From Fimicolochytrium jonesii (lineage: Eukaryota), in the NCBI RefSeq assembly GCF_025526975.1, contig NW_026515696.1:248001-312000 (forward strand): DNA of 64,000 nt, written 5' to 3'. This document shows positions 26,630-40,390 of this stretch, in pieces. Made by a program: the position numbers and the translations under genes. The stretch's first letter is position 1. Each line of letters begins with the position of its first letter. The notes below the pieces were generated by a model. The model saw nothing but the letters and a program-made list of their open reading frames with translations, was not told the origin of the DNA and made no database searches.

Positions 26630-28735
26630 CCTTGCTGGAGAAAAACACAAGCGTGTATCTGTATCAGGACATCACCGCAGGGCTCCATATAGGTTCCTTT
26701 GAACTGGGTACCAGACGAGGAAGTTACAACTCCCTGATTTCACACTGGGCTGTCGCCAAAATTGCGATAATCTGTGGACCGCACAGGTCGGGGGGACGTT
26801 GGCGCACTTGGCGCACTACTGTTATGGCGAAATTCCTCCTTATTCAAGCAGATTCACATCAGCACGTGAAGGAGGAGAAGTTGTGGGGGAAATAAGAAGA
26901 GACGAGCGGACGACAGCCCTCGGCAAGGCCCAGCTGTACGCCAAACGGACCTGGATCTTCGTCTTCCGCGCGCCATGGAAGACGAGGACGAGTTTGGTTA
27001 CTACTGTGTGACTGTGGATCTACGTGTCGAGAAAGACGCAGATCTTAAGACCGGACATGGGGGAGCGATCCGAGTGCGTGTGGGGCTCTTCGGCTTCTTA
27101 ACGCAAATCAGCGGCCCGCAAAACCCGTATGAGAAACTTCTTGGTCACTACCTGTGAGAGCCACCATGTCCTTGAAGTGCGGATGTTAAGAAAAGTTTGT
27201 GTGGAATGCAGCAACATCCAACTTATTTTCAGGAATTGGAGGCTAGAGGACGACGGCGACTACCTAAAAGAGGAGGAAGAGGAAGATGAAGAGGAGGAGA
27301 AGGACGAAGAGTAAAGTGAGTCGTCAACGGACTCTACATGGAAACACCAGTCCCATTCCGACAACGCCGACGACAAGCGTTCGGAGCACTAGGAGAATTA
27401 TTGGCACAATTGTGGAAACCGAACTGGGGCTGAGAGGTTTGATCCAGATGGCTTTCCGATCAGCGGACTGATAAAATTTGGCCAAAGGAATGAGTGTCTG
27501 GAAGGAAGCACGGATCCCGGGTGCGTGCGTAGAACTTCTGTGGGCGTTCCGGTTTCATGGTTGGGGTTCCATTCGCATCAAAGGATGTCTTGGCTTTTCC
27601 TTTGAGCGCCGAGATCTCGCCGATGCGGGCGTGCTATTCTCCTCTTTGCGCAGGCGATCAATTTCAACCTCGCGGAAGAAGAGTGGTGTCGCTAGGACCA
27701 CGGGAACGTTCGTCAGCAAAAGGTCTTAGAAGGCGAGAAGGAAACGTTTGTGCTTTCGATCAGCAACTTTGGGAGTAAAGCCCGCGATACCCCTGGCAAG
27801 GTTTCTATGCAGCCAAAGTGCTGCGGTCAAGATTCATCTACGGCCGTGCCCTTTGGCATGAGGCACTTGTCCGTCCAGAGCTGTGATTGATCCGTCATTC
27901 TTGGGAGATGGGTCACTAGTCGCATAGACAGACGACAAGGAACGATCCATCGTTCGATGATTTGATTGGTCAAGATGCTCCAACCGATCTGCGGGAAGGG
28001 ACGCACGATCTCGTGGTCCGTGTTCTGGAACTGCCAACATGGCACATGCCCTACGAGTTAACATAACTGTACTTGCGCTAATCTCAATCCCCACGAGATC
28101 ATGGACGGGGTATGCCCAATATTCTCGATCATTTCGGAATTTGGACGGAAAGTGTTTACGAAACTCGACGATGAAATCGAAAGGAAACGACCGATCTCCG
28201 GGAGATGGGTATCTGCGCCACTCGCGTCGTCTTCGTGGTGCCGGAGATGTCGTCTTGCTGCCGTCGCTGTCTTTCTAAGGCGAAAAGAGTGATGTTCCTC
28301 GAAGAATCAGGGTCGAAAGTCGAAAAGGGCGGCAACGGGCCTAAGGTGAAGCCCGCGACCGCAATGCGATGTTCCGATGTACGGCCGAAGTCGTCACGAT
28401 TTGATGATGGGCTCCTTGTCGACGACAGTATCTCCCCGGACAACCTGAAGGCCGTGATGTTAGCACCTCCTTCTCGAAGAGATCTGGAATCCTCAAATCT
28501 TCGACATGGGCGCCAACTGAGGTTCCGATTGGACTTCATGGTTGGTGGGAGTCCGCCAGACCTTACTCCTACTAGTACCACCCAGCGCTACGCTTTTGAT
28601 TCTCCGGCGAAGCTGAAGGTTGACGATATTACAATGATTGTTATGGGCGATGAAAGGAAGGAAGCTGTGCCTCGGACGGTCCTCTTTACGTACGCAGGGG
28701 ATACTGTTAAAACACCTGTAATAAGACGACCATAA
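26630..28735 (+). pseudogene. Highly decayed gene, possibly Crinkler-type P-loop NTPase plus nuclease
   Basis: Protein-like fragments across frames with many stops: SVYLYQDIT..RGSYNSLISH, EFGYYCVTVDL, an acidic run, LPSLSF*GEKSDVPR, LDFMVGG..TQRYA..LKVDDITMIV. Family resemblance is from memory only. Confidence 0.3.
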
Positions 28736-29364
28736 ATATCTGCATGAGCGGGAAGAGCACAGCCCGTATAAAGGCCTCTTATATTCATGTCCCACGGTTG
28801 CGCTAGCGCTAGCTCCTCGGTCTGCCATAGTCATCAGATGACCAGAGGTGTCGTCTAAACTGACAGTCACTGTCATTCTGTGGCTGCGTGGCTGGAGTGG
28901 CTTGCGTGCGTACGTAAGCGAGCGCGGGAAGATCCGGCAGGTAACAACTCTAAGTGTAAAAGCGCTCTTTCTCCAGGAGTGTTCTTTTTCCAGAACGTGG
29001 CTGGAGGTTTGACCGGAAACCACCGCTACTAGAGAAAGGTCATTAGCAGCAACCACATGCCCGCCAACCACGCCATAGAGTATCAGTAGTATGGCAACAG
29101 CACAGCAGTAGCATAGTCTTTTCCCCCTCTCGTCTAGTCTAGTTCGCGTAGTTGAGGTCTTCTGTCACACACCCTTCATCGTTTCTAAAATCAGGAAACT
29201 TGCGAGCTACGTTCGTGCGCCTCCTATCACCTTTTACAAAAGCTTATTCGGAGATTTTTGGTGTCTCGAGAGAGGCGCATACAGAAGGCGGTGCCCCTCG
29301 ACGTCGACGTCGAACTCACCTTCTTTAGTATATTCTCGTGTAGACGTTGTAAACGCTCACAATA

Positions 29365-31591
29365 ATGATCGATATACAACGCAGAGTAGGATACGTCGCA
29401 ACGGCAGCCGCCATCCTCGCCATCGCCGGCCTGGTTTGGTGGAGGACAAGAAACGAGCGCGATACGAGGCAAGACGACAAAGACGACGAGCTTCCCGCCC
29501 CTGTCACGTCCTTAGAGCACATCCTCAGCGAACCCTGCAGTCAGACTGAAAAGCGCATCGATGGAACTCAGACTCAGACTAAAACTGAGACTGAGGTTTC
29601 CACAGCAGCTCAGACCGCCACGTCGACCGCAACACACCTGCCAGAATTGATTGATATATCCTGCGAAGACGCCGAGAGTCGCTCGATGGACGCGGAAGCC
29701 TCGGAAGACGACAGCGAGGCTTCGGGATCCCATCCAAGCACCACAAATGCGGTTGTCACCCCGTCGCCGACCATTGAAGTGCATGAGGAGGAGGAAAATT
29801 TGTTCCAGCTGGACGGCACCGACACGCTGCCTGCCGCTGTTACGGAGCCTGTGCTTCGTTCATCTGCTTCGTCTCACAGTATCGCCAGCAGCATTCGATC
29901 GTCCACACTCGATGCTGTGCCTCCGGAAGACACCGGCCGTGACTTCACCAGCTCGCCAATGGTTTTCCCTTCCGCTTCGGTCTTGAAAGTCGAATCGAAA
30001 GACTTACTGAATTTACACCCCAGCGGCCTTGGCAACGACTCCGACACGCCCACCCCTGCCGCCGCCGCAGATGCACCTGAGCCATTGGGATCTGCTAGCG
30101 ACATCAAGAGAGAGGAATCCGCAAATGTGCAATCCCTGTCCGGCCTTCCAACCGACGTTGCTGCTCTCCCAGCGAAGAAACCTCTACCAAATCTCGCTAT
30201 AACCATCCCGCCGCTGCGCCCCGAGCGCACCGTCACAGCGACCCTCGAAGTTTGGAGCACGTCCCCCGATTCCCCCAACTGGGAGGACGATGAAGAAGTG
30301 ATACTTACGATCACATCACCAATTGACGAGGACGACGAAAAGGAGGTGCCGAGTCCCGTCGACCCTAGTCTTCTGTCGCCTGATATTTGTCGAGAAATGT
30401 ATAAAACGAGATATGAGGCGCGGCAAGATGCAGATGGGAATTTTGGGGGGGAGGAGGTGTTGATCGAAGGGTACTATGATGAAGACGGGGAATTCGTTGA
30501 AGCGGTATATGATGATGTGATGTACGGGGATTCTGGGGATTTCGATGGACAAATGCACGGGGACTTCGAGGTGGATGAGGCAGGGGAGCCTGTAAACGAC
30601 GCGGACGTGGGCATCTTGAAGCATTCGCAGTCGGCTGACTTTGCAGAAGACAAGGCAGGGGGCCTCTTTGACGAGGAAGACGTGCATCCATTGAAGCATT
30701 CGCAGTCGGCGCCCGCTGGCTGCCCTATATACGCAGTTGTGGAGCATCCTTACCTTGAGGAATGCGAAGATGTCGAAGACCACATCAACAGCGCCGCCGC
30801 AGCCACTGCCGGAGAAGGAACCGAGACCGACGCAACCCCGGCCGCCGCCATCGAGAGCGATCTCAGCATGCCCGAGGAGCTGCAGTGCGAACGGCCGCAA
30901 TCAGCAGCAGCCGGAACCGCGACCGAAACCCGCCCGGGGAAGTCGCGCCTCAACCCTGCCGCAAATGCCTTCGTTCCTGTGTTCTCCACGCCCATCCCCA
31001 CTGCGCATCCCATCTTCACCGCGCCGTCCTACGCCCCATCGGTCGAGGCACACACATACTCCACGTACCCGTACTTGCAAAGCGATGCTTACAGCTCGCA
31101 AACCTTCGGCATGACCGCGCGTGAACAAAACTCAGCGAGCGACATCTTCCACTTGCGAAACGAGCCCCAGCAGCAGTCGACCCACCACGTCGGCTCAAAG
31201 CTGAACCCGAACGCGACAGAGTTTATCCCAGGCGGGGTGGTCGCGTCCGTTCTCGCGCCGTCTGCGCCCGCTTTCACACCTCGCCGCAGCACCCAAAGCC
31301 GCCCGCCATCCCGCAAGGCAGCACCCACCACACCACAATGCATCTTTGGGACATCCTGCGCAAACAAGTCGAATTGCGCGTACGCGCACGGAGTTTTGTG
31401 TCGGTATGTATCTTTGCTTCACTCTTGCCTTTTCCTTTTTCTGTCGGTACACATATACTCACCATACTTTCGCGTCCGCAAATAGATACTATCCATCATG
31501 CAAATACGGGGCCATGTGCAAGTACATCCATCCAGAACCACCGGCTCCTACGCCCGTCAATGGTAGGACGGTGGGGGTGGTTGAGTTGTGA
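29365..31591 (+). CDS. N-terminally membrane-anchored acidic protein with PAM2-like motifs and two C-terminal CCCH zinc fingers; 2 exons
   Basis: Exons 29365-31403 and 31486-31591. TM segment VGYVATAAAILAIAGLVWW; SRLNPAANAFVP, SKLNPNATEFIP, LAPSAPAFTP; fingers CIFGTSCANKSNCAYAH and CRYYPSCKYGAMCKYIH. Confidence 0.85.
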
Positions 31592-34500
31592 TGAAGGGAA
31601 CTCATGGGGGGTTGGGGGGTTAAGGTATGTACTCTCTGAGGGTAAACGCGCTTGATTGAGTTATACTAACCGGCACTGTCTCTTTAGGGGTTGGACATAC
31701 ATACAAACTACGACATTCACACACACAGTTCGCACACACCTGCCCCTGCACACACATCAGCCCACATTATCACGCAACACACAGTGCGAGCAGTAGTAGT
31801 AGTAGCAGTCACTTTTTGTCCAGTTTTTTTTTTAAGTTAAAGGAGTTTTTGTTAAGGTTTTCTGAGCAGTTTAACTGATTGTGTGATGCTGATGCTGGAG
31901 AGGAGGAAGGTCGTTGCGTACTCCCATTCCCCAACAACACAGCGAAAAGGGGACGCACAAAGCGATATATCCGTTTGCTTTTTTGTCTGTGACTATTGCT
32001 ACAGTAGTTAGCGGTGCGCGAGAGGGCTTAACATGCCCGCGTTTGTTTTATCGATAAAACGAGGCCGAGGGGCCTATTCTCACCCGGTTCATCAACAAGT
32101 ACGTGACCGTCAGCGACACGAAGTTGAAAGATGTGCTCCGCAAGACGATCCGAGCAGTGGAGAAGTTCCTAATTAAAGGCTGCGCCAGCTGCGATCGCCT
32201 TATGGAAATACACGTTGGTCTATTTCATGATACAATGAATCTAATTTCGTAAAGCGGCTTTGAGTTTGTCCATCTCAGCATGCAACTTTGCATATTCTGC
32301 CCTTTCCCTCTCCGAAACTCAGTCTTCTGTCGTCATCCAGCAAGTGGCACAAAGTATCATCCCTTGTGCCGTGATCCGATGGGAAGCAGCGTAAGCTCAG
32401 ACATTCGACAACCGCCCTGCCAGGCCAAAGATTGGAGAAGATAGCGAGTGAGCGAAACGCTGGCCGCTTCGTTCCGCATACTGTACGCGACGCCAGAGGA
32501 TCCACTACTCTCATGCCAGAAAAATGCCCTTGCTACACCGTCAGCTGCGAAAATGCCCCTGTACATCTCGGCTTGATGGCGTTCAGCTTTGATGGTGACC
32601 ACGGGACCAGCACTGCTTGGCTCGGCGGCGCCCCTGTGCCCCCCATCGTAGCAGTGGCGCCCTGATGCTGGAAGTGTGGAGGTAGCACACGCCAGAGATA
32701 AGGCCACCCATATTCGAGGACCTCGCTCTTTCGCGAAGGTCAGGTTTCCTCATCGACCCAAACGGACAACAGATCCCCTTCGAGACCCAGAGCGCAACAT
32801 GGAAGCGTTTACTTCTGCTCATAGCCGTGCGGCTGATACTCAGCACCATCGCTGCGTACTTCCGATCTCGAGTAGGTAGCGTTTCCGTGTCGACGCTCCG
32901 GGCTTCTACGACCACTGTGTCCCAGCCAGCTTCCACCCCCAAGGTTACTGAACCGGGGCCTGCGGAAACGGTGACCGTCACCGAAAGGGAACCTGCTTTG
33001 ACAATCAAGTTGACCCAGCAACCCGCTCCGTTGGTCCCGACGGAGATAGCGACCCGAATGCAACGACAATAACTGCAATAGCGAACCCCAGCACACCCGT
33101 AACGCCGCCGGGTGACAAAGCGCCTCTTGATGGCCTGGCCCCTTTCCTTGCTGCGCCGTTAATGAACGACCGTGGTGCCGCTGCACTGGTGACGGATGCA
33201 ACCGTAGTTATGCAGTCTTTTGAAAAAGGCAGTGAGCATACATCCGAAGTCTCGCCGCAATCTGCAGCCTCGGATGCGAACAGGTAACGGTGGATGCACT
33301 CTCCGTCTCTGTCGGGCGGACAGTAACAGCTGAAGTGGCTGTGCCCGTCTGGATTTCCGTGGTGGTCGTGGTCGATTCCGAGACGCCTCTGAGTGTACGG
33401 ATAACAGTAGAAGCGGGCTCGATTTGCACATCGGGCTGAGTTTCACGCACGGTTGCGGTGGGAGTGGCCTTCTCAGGTTCACGCAAGCACTACAAAAGCA
33501 CCGTCTGAGCAGCTAGAGCCCCCCGAGCATCCCCATAGAACCGGTGCGGCAGCTCCCGCTGGTAGACCAACGACGGAGCTCTCCCACTCTCGGATGCGGG
33601 TTTCGAGGAACCCGTGGAAGGCTCATGTCGCAGAAGGTTCGGAGGCGATCGATTAAGGTCGGCCTGGTTCGTGGGATGGTGGGCGGTGGGTTTTGATATC
33701 GAGTTTCGGGGTGCTCTCGCTGTCTTGATGGTAATCTCTGTCATGTCCGAGAGGGGATTCGTTACTTGGGCGGGGGACGCCTCATCGCGATCGTGGAGCG
33801 CTCGCACATCAGTCGGCAATCCAGATCTGGTAACACTCACACGGAGGTTCGGTGCAATCTGGAGGGAGGACCAGCTAGCTCGCCTGACTGTCGCTCCTTT
33901 GGCGTATCCGAATCTCCTGGTCGCGGGCCTCATCCACATAGTTTCACCGCTTTAACGCACAATCGCGGCGAGGAGGGGATCCGTCCAACTGGTCCCGAAA
34001 CTGTCGGCTGATTTTCAAGGGGGCAGATCCTTTTTGCCTCGATCCACCCGGAACATTGGCCAGCGCCTTCATACCCAACGGGAAGGAGCTGAAGCGGTAC
34101 GCACCGAGAAACCGCTGAGAGGCGCGGTATAGACACGGACTGACGATTTGCGCACTCCAGTGGGTGATGCCGACACCGAAACCCTCTATAGTATCAATAT
34201 GTAACGACGCGTTGAGAAGCCCTGTTCTCGTCACACCGACTGGTCAGGGCCACCGACGCCTTCGGCTGTCCAGAATGCCTCTCCCGCTGGTTGCCTTGTG
34301 ACAGGTGGAGGCTCGGTTGCTTTCGCGGGTTAGGATCCGGGTTGATATTTTCCTTTCATCCGTGGGTACTCCGCTTGGAGCGTCCAGGCCAAGCGCTCCA
34401 AACGCGCTTCATTTTCACGTCGTTTACGTTCCATTTCTCTATCTTCAGCCGTGATTTCCCTTGAGCCCTTCTTCAGCGGAACGCCGAAGGGGTTGGTGAC

Positions 34501-34739
34501 GAGGGTCCCTTCGTGATGTCCCTGTGCCACACTGGCACACCACTGTGATGGTGTCGTAGTTACTCCCACATCCATCATCGTCGTCAAACACCCCCATCCA
34601 CACACTCCTCAACTCAATCTTCCGCAGTCGGAGGGACGACGAATACGATCAGACGACCCCTATCACGAACCCCTCTCCCCTCGCGCGGGCAGGAGTTCAT
34701 AGTAGGGATCGACGTATCGGCTTCACAGTCAGAAGTCAG

Positions 34740-35142
34740 CGAGGTGTGAACAAGAAGGTGATGGCATGTACAAGAGGGACAACGAGTTTCGCCACTACGA
34801 TGAAATATGCCTCGGGCGCAGGGCCTGCATAAGTGACGGCGACGACATGCCCGAGGGACCTGCGTATCGCGAATAAGGTGACAACGACTACAACGGCGAT
34901 CAGAGACGAGGGCGCCAAGGACTGCGGGCCACGGTTGTCTAGTCGCAAGAAAGCTGTTAGCGACAACCACTTCAAAACGTATCGCGACGACTGACACTCA
35001 CACGCAGGACGGGCAACGACGGTGCACCACATCGTTCAAGTAGCAGGTCGTTGAAGCACCTTCGGCAGAGGAGGTGGCCAGAGGTACCGCAGTAGTTCGC
35101 AGAGCCCTCCATGCACACGAGGCACTCGGGTTCGTCGGCCAT
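34740..35142 (-). pseudogene. Decayed RING-finger gene
   Basis: MADEPECLVCMEG..CGTSGHLLCRRC then, after a frameshift, RCPSC. A second Cys cluster HLCRPCARGIFHRSGETRCPSC follows. Confidence 0.35.
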
Positions 35143-37275
35143 ATCGATCGTCTTGGTCGTTGAAGACTTGAAGTTGCTAGTTGACACTTTTGACGGGGGG
35201 TTGCGGATCTGGGACCTCGAGCGTGGGAAGCAGACGTATAAACGGAATGTGCGCTCGGATGTGAAGGGGTGAGCCTCCGACGATGAGGGGGGCTTCTAAA
35301 TTGTGAATGGCCCAATGGCTGATAGTCTATCGACGCTGGAACCAGATACAACCGATATGGGAACTGCTCTTGAGTATGAAACGATACTTGAATACAGGTA
35401 CGGGAAAAGTAGACGATAACTTGATTTGAGGTGGTGGATCGGAGCGAGCACTGGTCTTGCAGCAGCTCTATCACCTCAGCGAATAGCGCCCGAGTTATCT
35501 CAGCTAAGATCCGCACGTTGGTGTCTCTTCGCTGTCGCTTTCGCTTGGAATTCCGTCATCTCGTTTTCGGACCGGTCACCTTCATGGGCGAGTTGGCTCG
35601 CCCCAATAGGTCAGACACTTCCTAGTTGTGACGGCTGTATTGCCAAGGGTATCGACTCCTCTTTGTTTCTCTGGCGGATACGCCAGTCTCGTGGGTATTG
35701 AGTCTCGTGTAGTGCCGGCCGTGTCTACACGTTTTCCGAATCATCTTATTTGTCGAATAGAGTAACATTGGCCGGGGTCTGCCGCCTCGTCGGGGCCATA
35801 CGTGAATGCATATGCCCCCAGGTACGTTCCTTCATCCTCCCAGGATGGTTCCGAGGCGTCTCTAAGGTCCCCCATATTTGTACTGGTCCGCAATCGCTTC
35901 CACAATGTGACGATCGGGTACTCCAACCAGTCTAAGCTTTGGATGAACGATGGGGGATCGCCTACCCGTTTGTCCACCGGATTCTAGTCAGTCTCGCGGG
36001 CCTTAGCCGGGGCCAGCGAGAATTGTCCTCCTGTAGCTGTTGCTGAGGACCACGTGACGAATCGACGGAGAAGGAGACCGGTGCTGGATGTTCGGCGTTC
36101 GCGAGGGAGACCGACGCGCCCTCCAGTTGTTGTTTTCCACGAAACGCGGTTAGTTGCTGTCTCGGCCTCGGCGAGGAAGACCACATATGATGCATACGCA
36201 AACAGCTGCCTCCTTCAGTGCTGGGTTTGCCCGGCGGACAATCAGAAGCCCGGGACGTGACTGATAGCAGCGTCAGATGCCTAACCGTATCCGGTATCGC
36301 CGTATCGACATCCATGAGCAACCCGCAAACCGCCAAGTGGGTCTGTTCCCGCGAATGTTATGCCCCGCGCCAGCTGGAGGAAACACTCACAGGAGAATTG
36401 TCGCGCCGCTTCCCACTTTTCAAGATCAATGCCTTCCAGAGTTTTCGCGGAGTATCTCCGTATGCCGTCGTATGCGTTCCATCGCAGTCACCAGATTGGC
36501 TACTGATTTGTATTCTACTCGTCAAAAGGGTGCCACGAACTCTTCTTGCAGCGACGGGATTGTAGAAAGCCCAATACATGTGACTTGTAAGGAAGCCGTA
36601 ACCCATGTTCTTCGCGTATCTTGGAGACCGACCGACCGTCCCGTTGGCCGAAAGCCTGCTCTCAATTGATGGGGCCGAACTAATCGTAGCAGGGACCTTG
36701 GAATTCCACACGTCAAGGACACAAAGTCTCCCGGAAGAAAAAGACTGCCACCCGTCCAGTCTCCGTGACCACACGGATCACCGTCTTGCAAAGAAATCGT
36801 TGGTCGTTCCTGAGATTAGAAGTGAATACAGAGGTAACGCTCTCTTGCTGTCATGAATGTCCCTACGTCCGTCAACATACTGTCGCGCGTATCGCCCACG
36901 GCGGTCGTCGCTACTGGGGGAGCGATGGTTTCTAGGAAATGCGAAAAGTGACAGTGGTTGGAGCGCCTTCAGATCTGCGGCTGAAACGTCGATGTGGTCC
37001 GGGGGAGGACGATGTCTCGTGGGCGACAGACGACCGAACGTCCAAAAAGCCTGGCTGATCGATTGAGCGGGTTCTCTAGACATTTCTCGAAGCACCCTGG
37101 CTGAGGTCGGCGACAGCTCGTTTCGTTCCGGACATGACGTCGATGAGATCTCTTCGGAGCCGTCAAATCTCAGTTTGTGGGCCTTCCAAGCGACCCACAA
37201 GCGACCGCCGGAAAGTATCGAACCGCGCGCCGGCAACTTCAGAACACCACACAGTCCGCCCAAGATTGCTCCAAG

Positions 37276-38896
37276 ATGGACCCCATCCTCACCCCAACCT
37301 CCTGGAAATACAAACACGAAGGCAATGCAAACGTCGTCTTCACCTACACCGGTTCACACCCACCCCTAGTGAGTTGAATGCTGTGTGTCTACGCTACAGC
37401 CTGGACACCACCTAACACTCCCCTCCAGAAAGGCCATGTCCTCCGCGTCCGCAAAAGCGTCGACACATCGGAGACACCCATGAGTCTTGGGGATGAGCAG
37501 GGGTTCCAGGAGCGGGTGATTGCGCCGCTAGTTGGGGGGGATTATGTTGCTAAGACTGTGAGTTGGGAGTGCGCGTGATTCCAATTCCCATCAGGAGGTT
37601 CTGAGCAGGCTCCGTTTCTCTCATAGAGATTCGTGAAGGTCACCCCAGACTTCTTGCAAGCCCTCTCAACAGCCTTTGCGGCGTTACGACCAGAATTGAG
37701 GCGGAACAGGGATCTGGACCTCCGGCAGGAGTTTGTGGCGCTGATTCCGGACCTGACTGTTGCGAGCACTGATGGTCGTGGGGGTGGGCTGGCGATCACT
37801 GTTGAGATCAAAGTAGGTTGTTGGGGGTCTCCTGCCGAACTGGGGTCTCCTGCTGAACTATGCGAATTATTGACGATTCCCTTCAAAAGCCCAAATGGGG
37901 CTTCCTCCCAACCTCCCCAAACATCACCCCCGTCAAACTGCACACATGCCGCTACTGCATGCACCAGCACTACAAACAGCACACGCCGCTGAGTGAGTTC
38001 TGCCCTCTGGACCTGTACTCAGGCGATCACCGGCGGGTTGCAAAGGCCGTGGATGCGTTGGTTATGTGCCCGCAGAATAATCTAAGGGTGTTTGTGAGAG
38101 GGGATTGTGTTGGGGTCAACAGTGTAGGTCTTTGTTGTTGTTGCTGTGAGCTTTTGTGGGTGAGGGCTGATGGCTCTTATAAAGGCGACCGCTAAAGCAG
38201 CGGTGGAAGCATTAATGCGTGCATCCCATTCAACCGACACCGTAAGCATCCCATCGTCAATGCCCCTCTCAGTATCCTCTCCTCTAATCAGCCCCACACA
38301 GACCCCAGCCACCTTCCTCACAACCCTTTTAACCCCCATAATCACCTCCCAACCCCTCTTCCCGCGTCTCGCAACCCATCAAGCAGGTCTTGACTCCCTT
38401 GATATTGAAGGGATCATTATGGTCTACAATGCACTACCAATGGAGTTGAAGACAACAAACCCGACGCTGGGGGAGTGGGAGGGGGTTGTGGCGAGGTATT
38501 TGGGAAATGATGTGGGAGCGGTGGAGGGGGTGGAGGAGAGTAAACAGCGGGTGTATGAGTATCTGCTGTCCGCGACGTTGAAGGATTGTTCGGTTATGAT
38601 TACCGTTTGGGTTGATGAGAACGCCGAGGACAATGGGTGAGATTCCTCCCTTTCACTTGCATGTATGGTCTTGACTCACCGCTTCTAATTCATCACTTAG
38701 TCACTCAGCCCCATCAAAAGAAAATGAAGGCACCATCTCCGTTCCCACCTCCTTGCAACCAACAATCATCCGCTACACCTTAGGACTAGTTGACATCGAC
38801 CCGAAGAACATTACAAAGGTGCCGGAGCATTATGCAAAGGATCAGGAGATTGTGAAGTGTTACGCGAGCGTAGGGGTTGAGAGGCGATGTGGGTGA
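37276..38896 (+). CDS. IPK1: Inositol-pentakisphosphate 2-kinase; 6 exons
   Basis: Exons 37276-37368, 37429-37557, 37627-37812, 37890-38123, 38185-38636, 38701-38896. Motifs WKYKHEGNANVV, VEIKPKWGF, CRYCMH, FCPLDLYSG, PQNNLRVF, YLLSATLKDCS, LVDIDPK. Confidence 0.92.
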
Positions 38897-39435
38897 CGAT
38901 GTTCGGAGAGGCGGAGAATAGAACGGGCGGCATATCAGGTAAGACTTCAAACTCTCATAGCCCCACTTTCCATGCAAATATTTTTCTCAAACATACAAAG
39001 AATTTGTTGAAGGGAAGGCGAATGTGCCAATCCGTCCCATAACGTTGTTGAAGTGAGCGCCAGTGCTGCATTTCCGAGGGTGGTCGGCGACGGGGGGTTC
39101 CGTGGACAAGTGTCCGGAGGAACGATGCTGTTGAGGGTCGTCTTGGTGGGTGTTGCGATGGGACCCACAAACCTCACAAGGCTCACAAGGTCCAGTTTCG
39201 AAACCATTTTCGAAACATCAACCCGCTTGTCAAAAGTATCATTTGCTTCCATCAAAAGACCAGGAACTAATACAGCCAGAAGGTCTCCAAATGGATGATA
39301 CCTTATGTGAGCTAGCTCTATAAGATTTCGATCCTGCTGATAGAGTCCTTGTTGTAGACATGCTGCAGAGCGAATATTCCCCGCCGCCTTCGTCGGTATA
39401 GTTCTCCATCAACCAATCATGAACAAACTATATAC

Positions 39436-39595
39436 CCTGCTCGCTCTGCTTGCGACAAGGATGTTGGGCGGGTGTGTGATCCGCATTCTTGGGCCTCCGG
39501 CCCCGCCGCACTCAAGCATTCTTGCGTCTCGCTTCGCTCGGACTCCGGCGCAATAGGGCTCGCTAGCGCTCGAATTCTCCTCGCTCCGCTCGGAA
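39436..39595. repeat. Dispersed GC-rich mini-hairpin element, intergenic copy
   Basis: First 30 bp are 28/30 identical to 51158-51187, followed by ctcgcttcgctcg, ctcgctccgctcg and gggcctccggccc hairpin motifs. Confidence 0.6.
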
Positions 39596-40390
39596 ACCGC
39601 CACAACCTTAAGTGTCAAATCAATATTGAGTGCCCTTTATACTAACTTTTATCTCACCTGGGAGCTTGGGTGGCAGAGTGATGTGGTATAGTGTTGTGTT
39701 CTGGATATCACGTTGTATGGGTATGGGGAGGGTTGAATAGTTTCTCTGAGCGGGCTGGGTGGAGGACCAGCCGTCCTTGGCTGTTCTTTGGTCACTGTGA
39801 TATCCGGGACCGCCGCATCCTTTCAAGGCATGCAATCTTCGGTCTAATGGGCGCGTTGTTTGAGTATTCCGTTGTTGCGACAGCGATAGGGGGAGGGTTG
39901 CGTGAGAGTGAGTGAATGAGTGCGCATGCGCTGGCTGCTGGTGTTGCAAGTGCCAACGGGGGGGGCCGTTCGATGGCCGAAGCCCGTGAGTGTTGGTTGA
40001 AACTTGAGAGTGTTGAGCGTGTTGAGAAGGGCAGGGCCCCACTCGTCATCCCTCTTCCCTCTCGAGCGTCCCCTCCCTTTTCGCCAGAACTCGCAAAGTT
40101 CCCACCCGCTGCTGCAACCCCTCCCACGCCCTCTCTCTATCTACAGCACCGTACATATAGAGTCTAACCAACACCGTACTCCATATTCCTGTGCTTGCGG
40201 TCTCGTGCAGCAAAGAGTCCTCCGCGCTATACCTACGTTGAACGACCGGCCGCTGTTCTTTGATCACCCCGCCAACCCAAAACTTCACGCGTGAGAGATC
40301 CCACAACAAGCAACACTCAACAAGCTCTCACCAAAACACACTCCCATCCGTCTTCCAACCTTATCCTCTCACCCCAGCACATCCTCAAAC

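Noticed and set aside
37822..37859. 19-bp tandem duplication in IPK1 intron 3
   Set aside because: Ordinary slippage duplication with no evident consequence.
38947..39410. Minus-strand gene downstream of IPK1
   Set aside because: Short ORF with no motif and no convincing exon chain.
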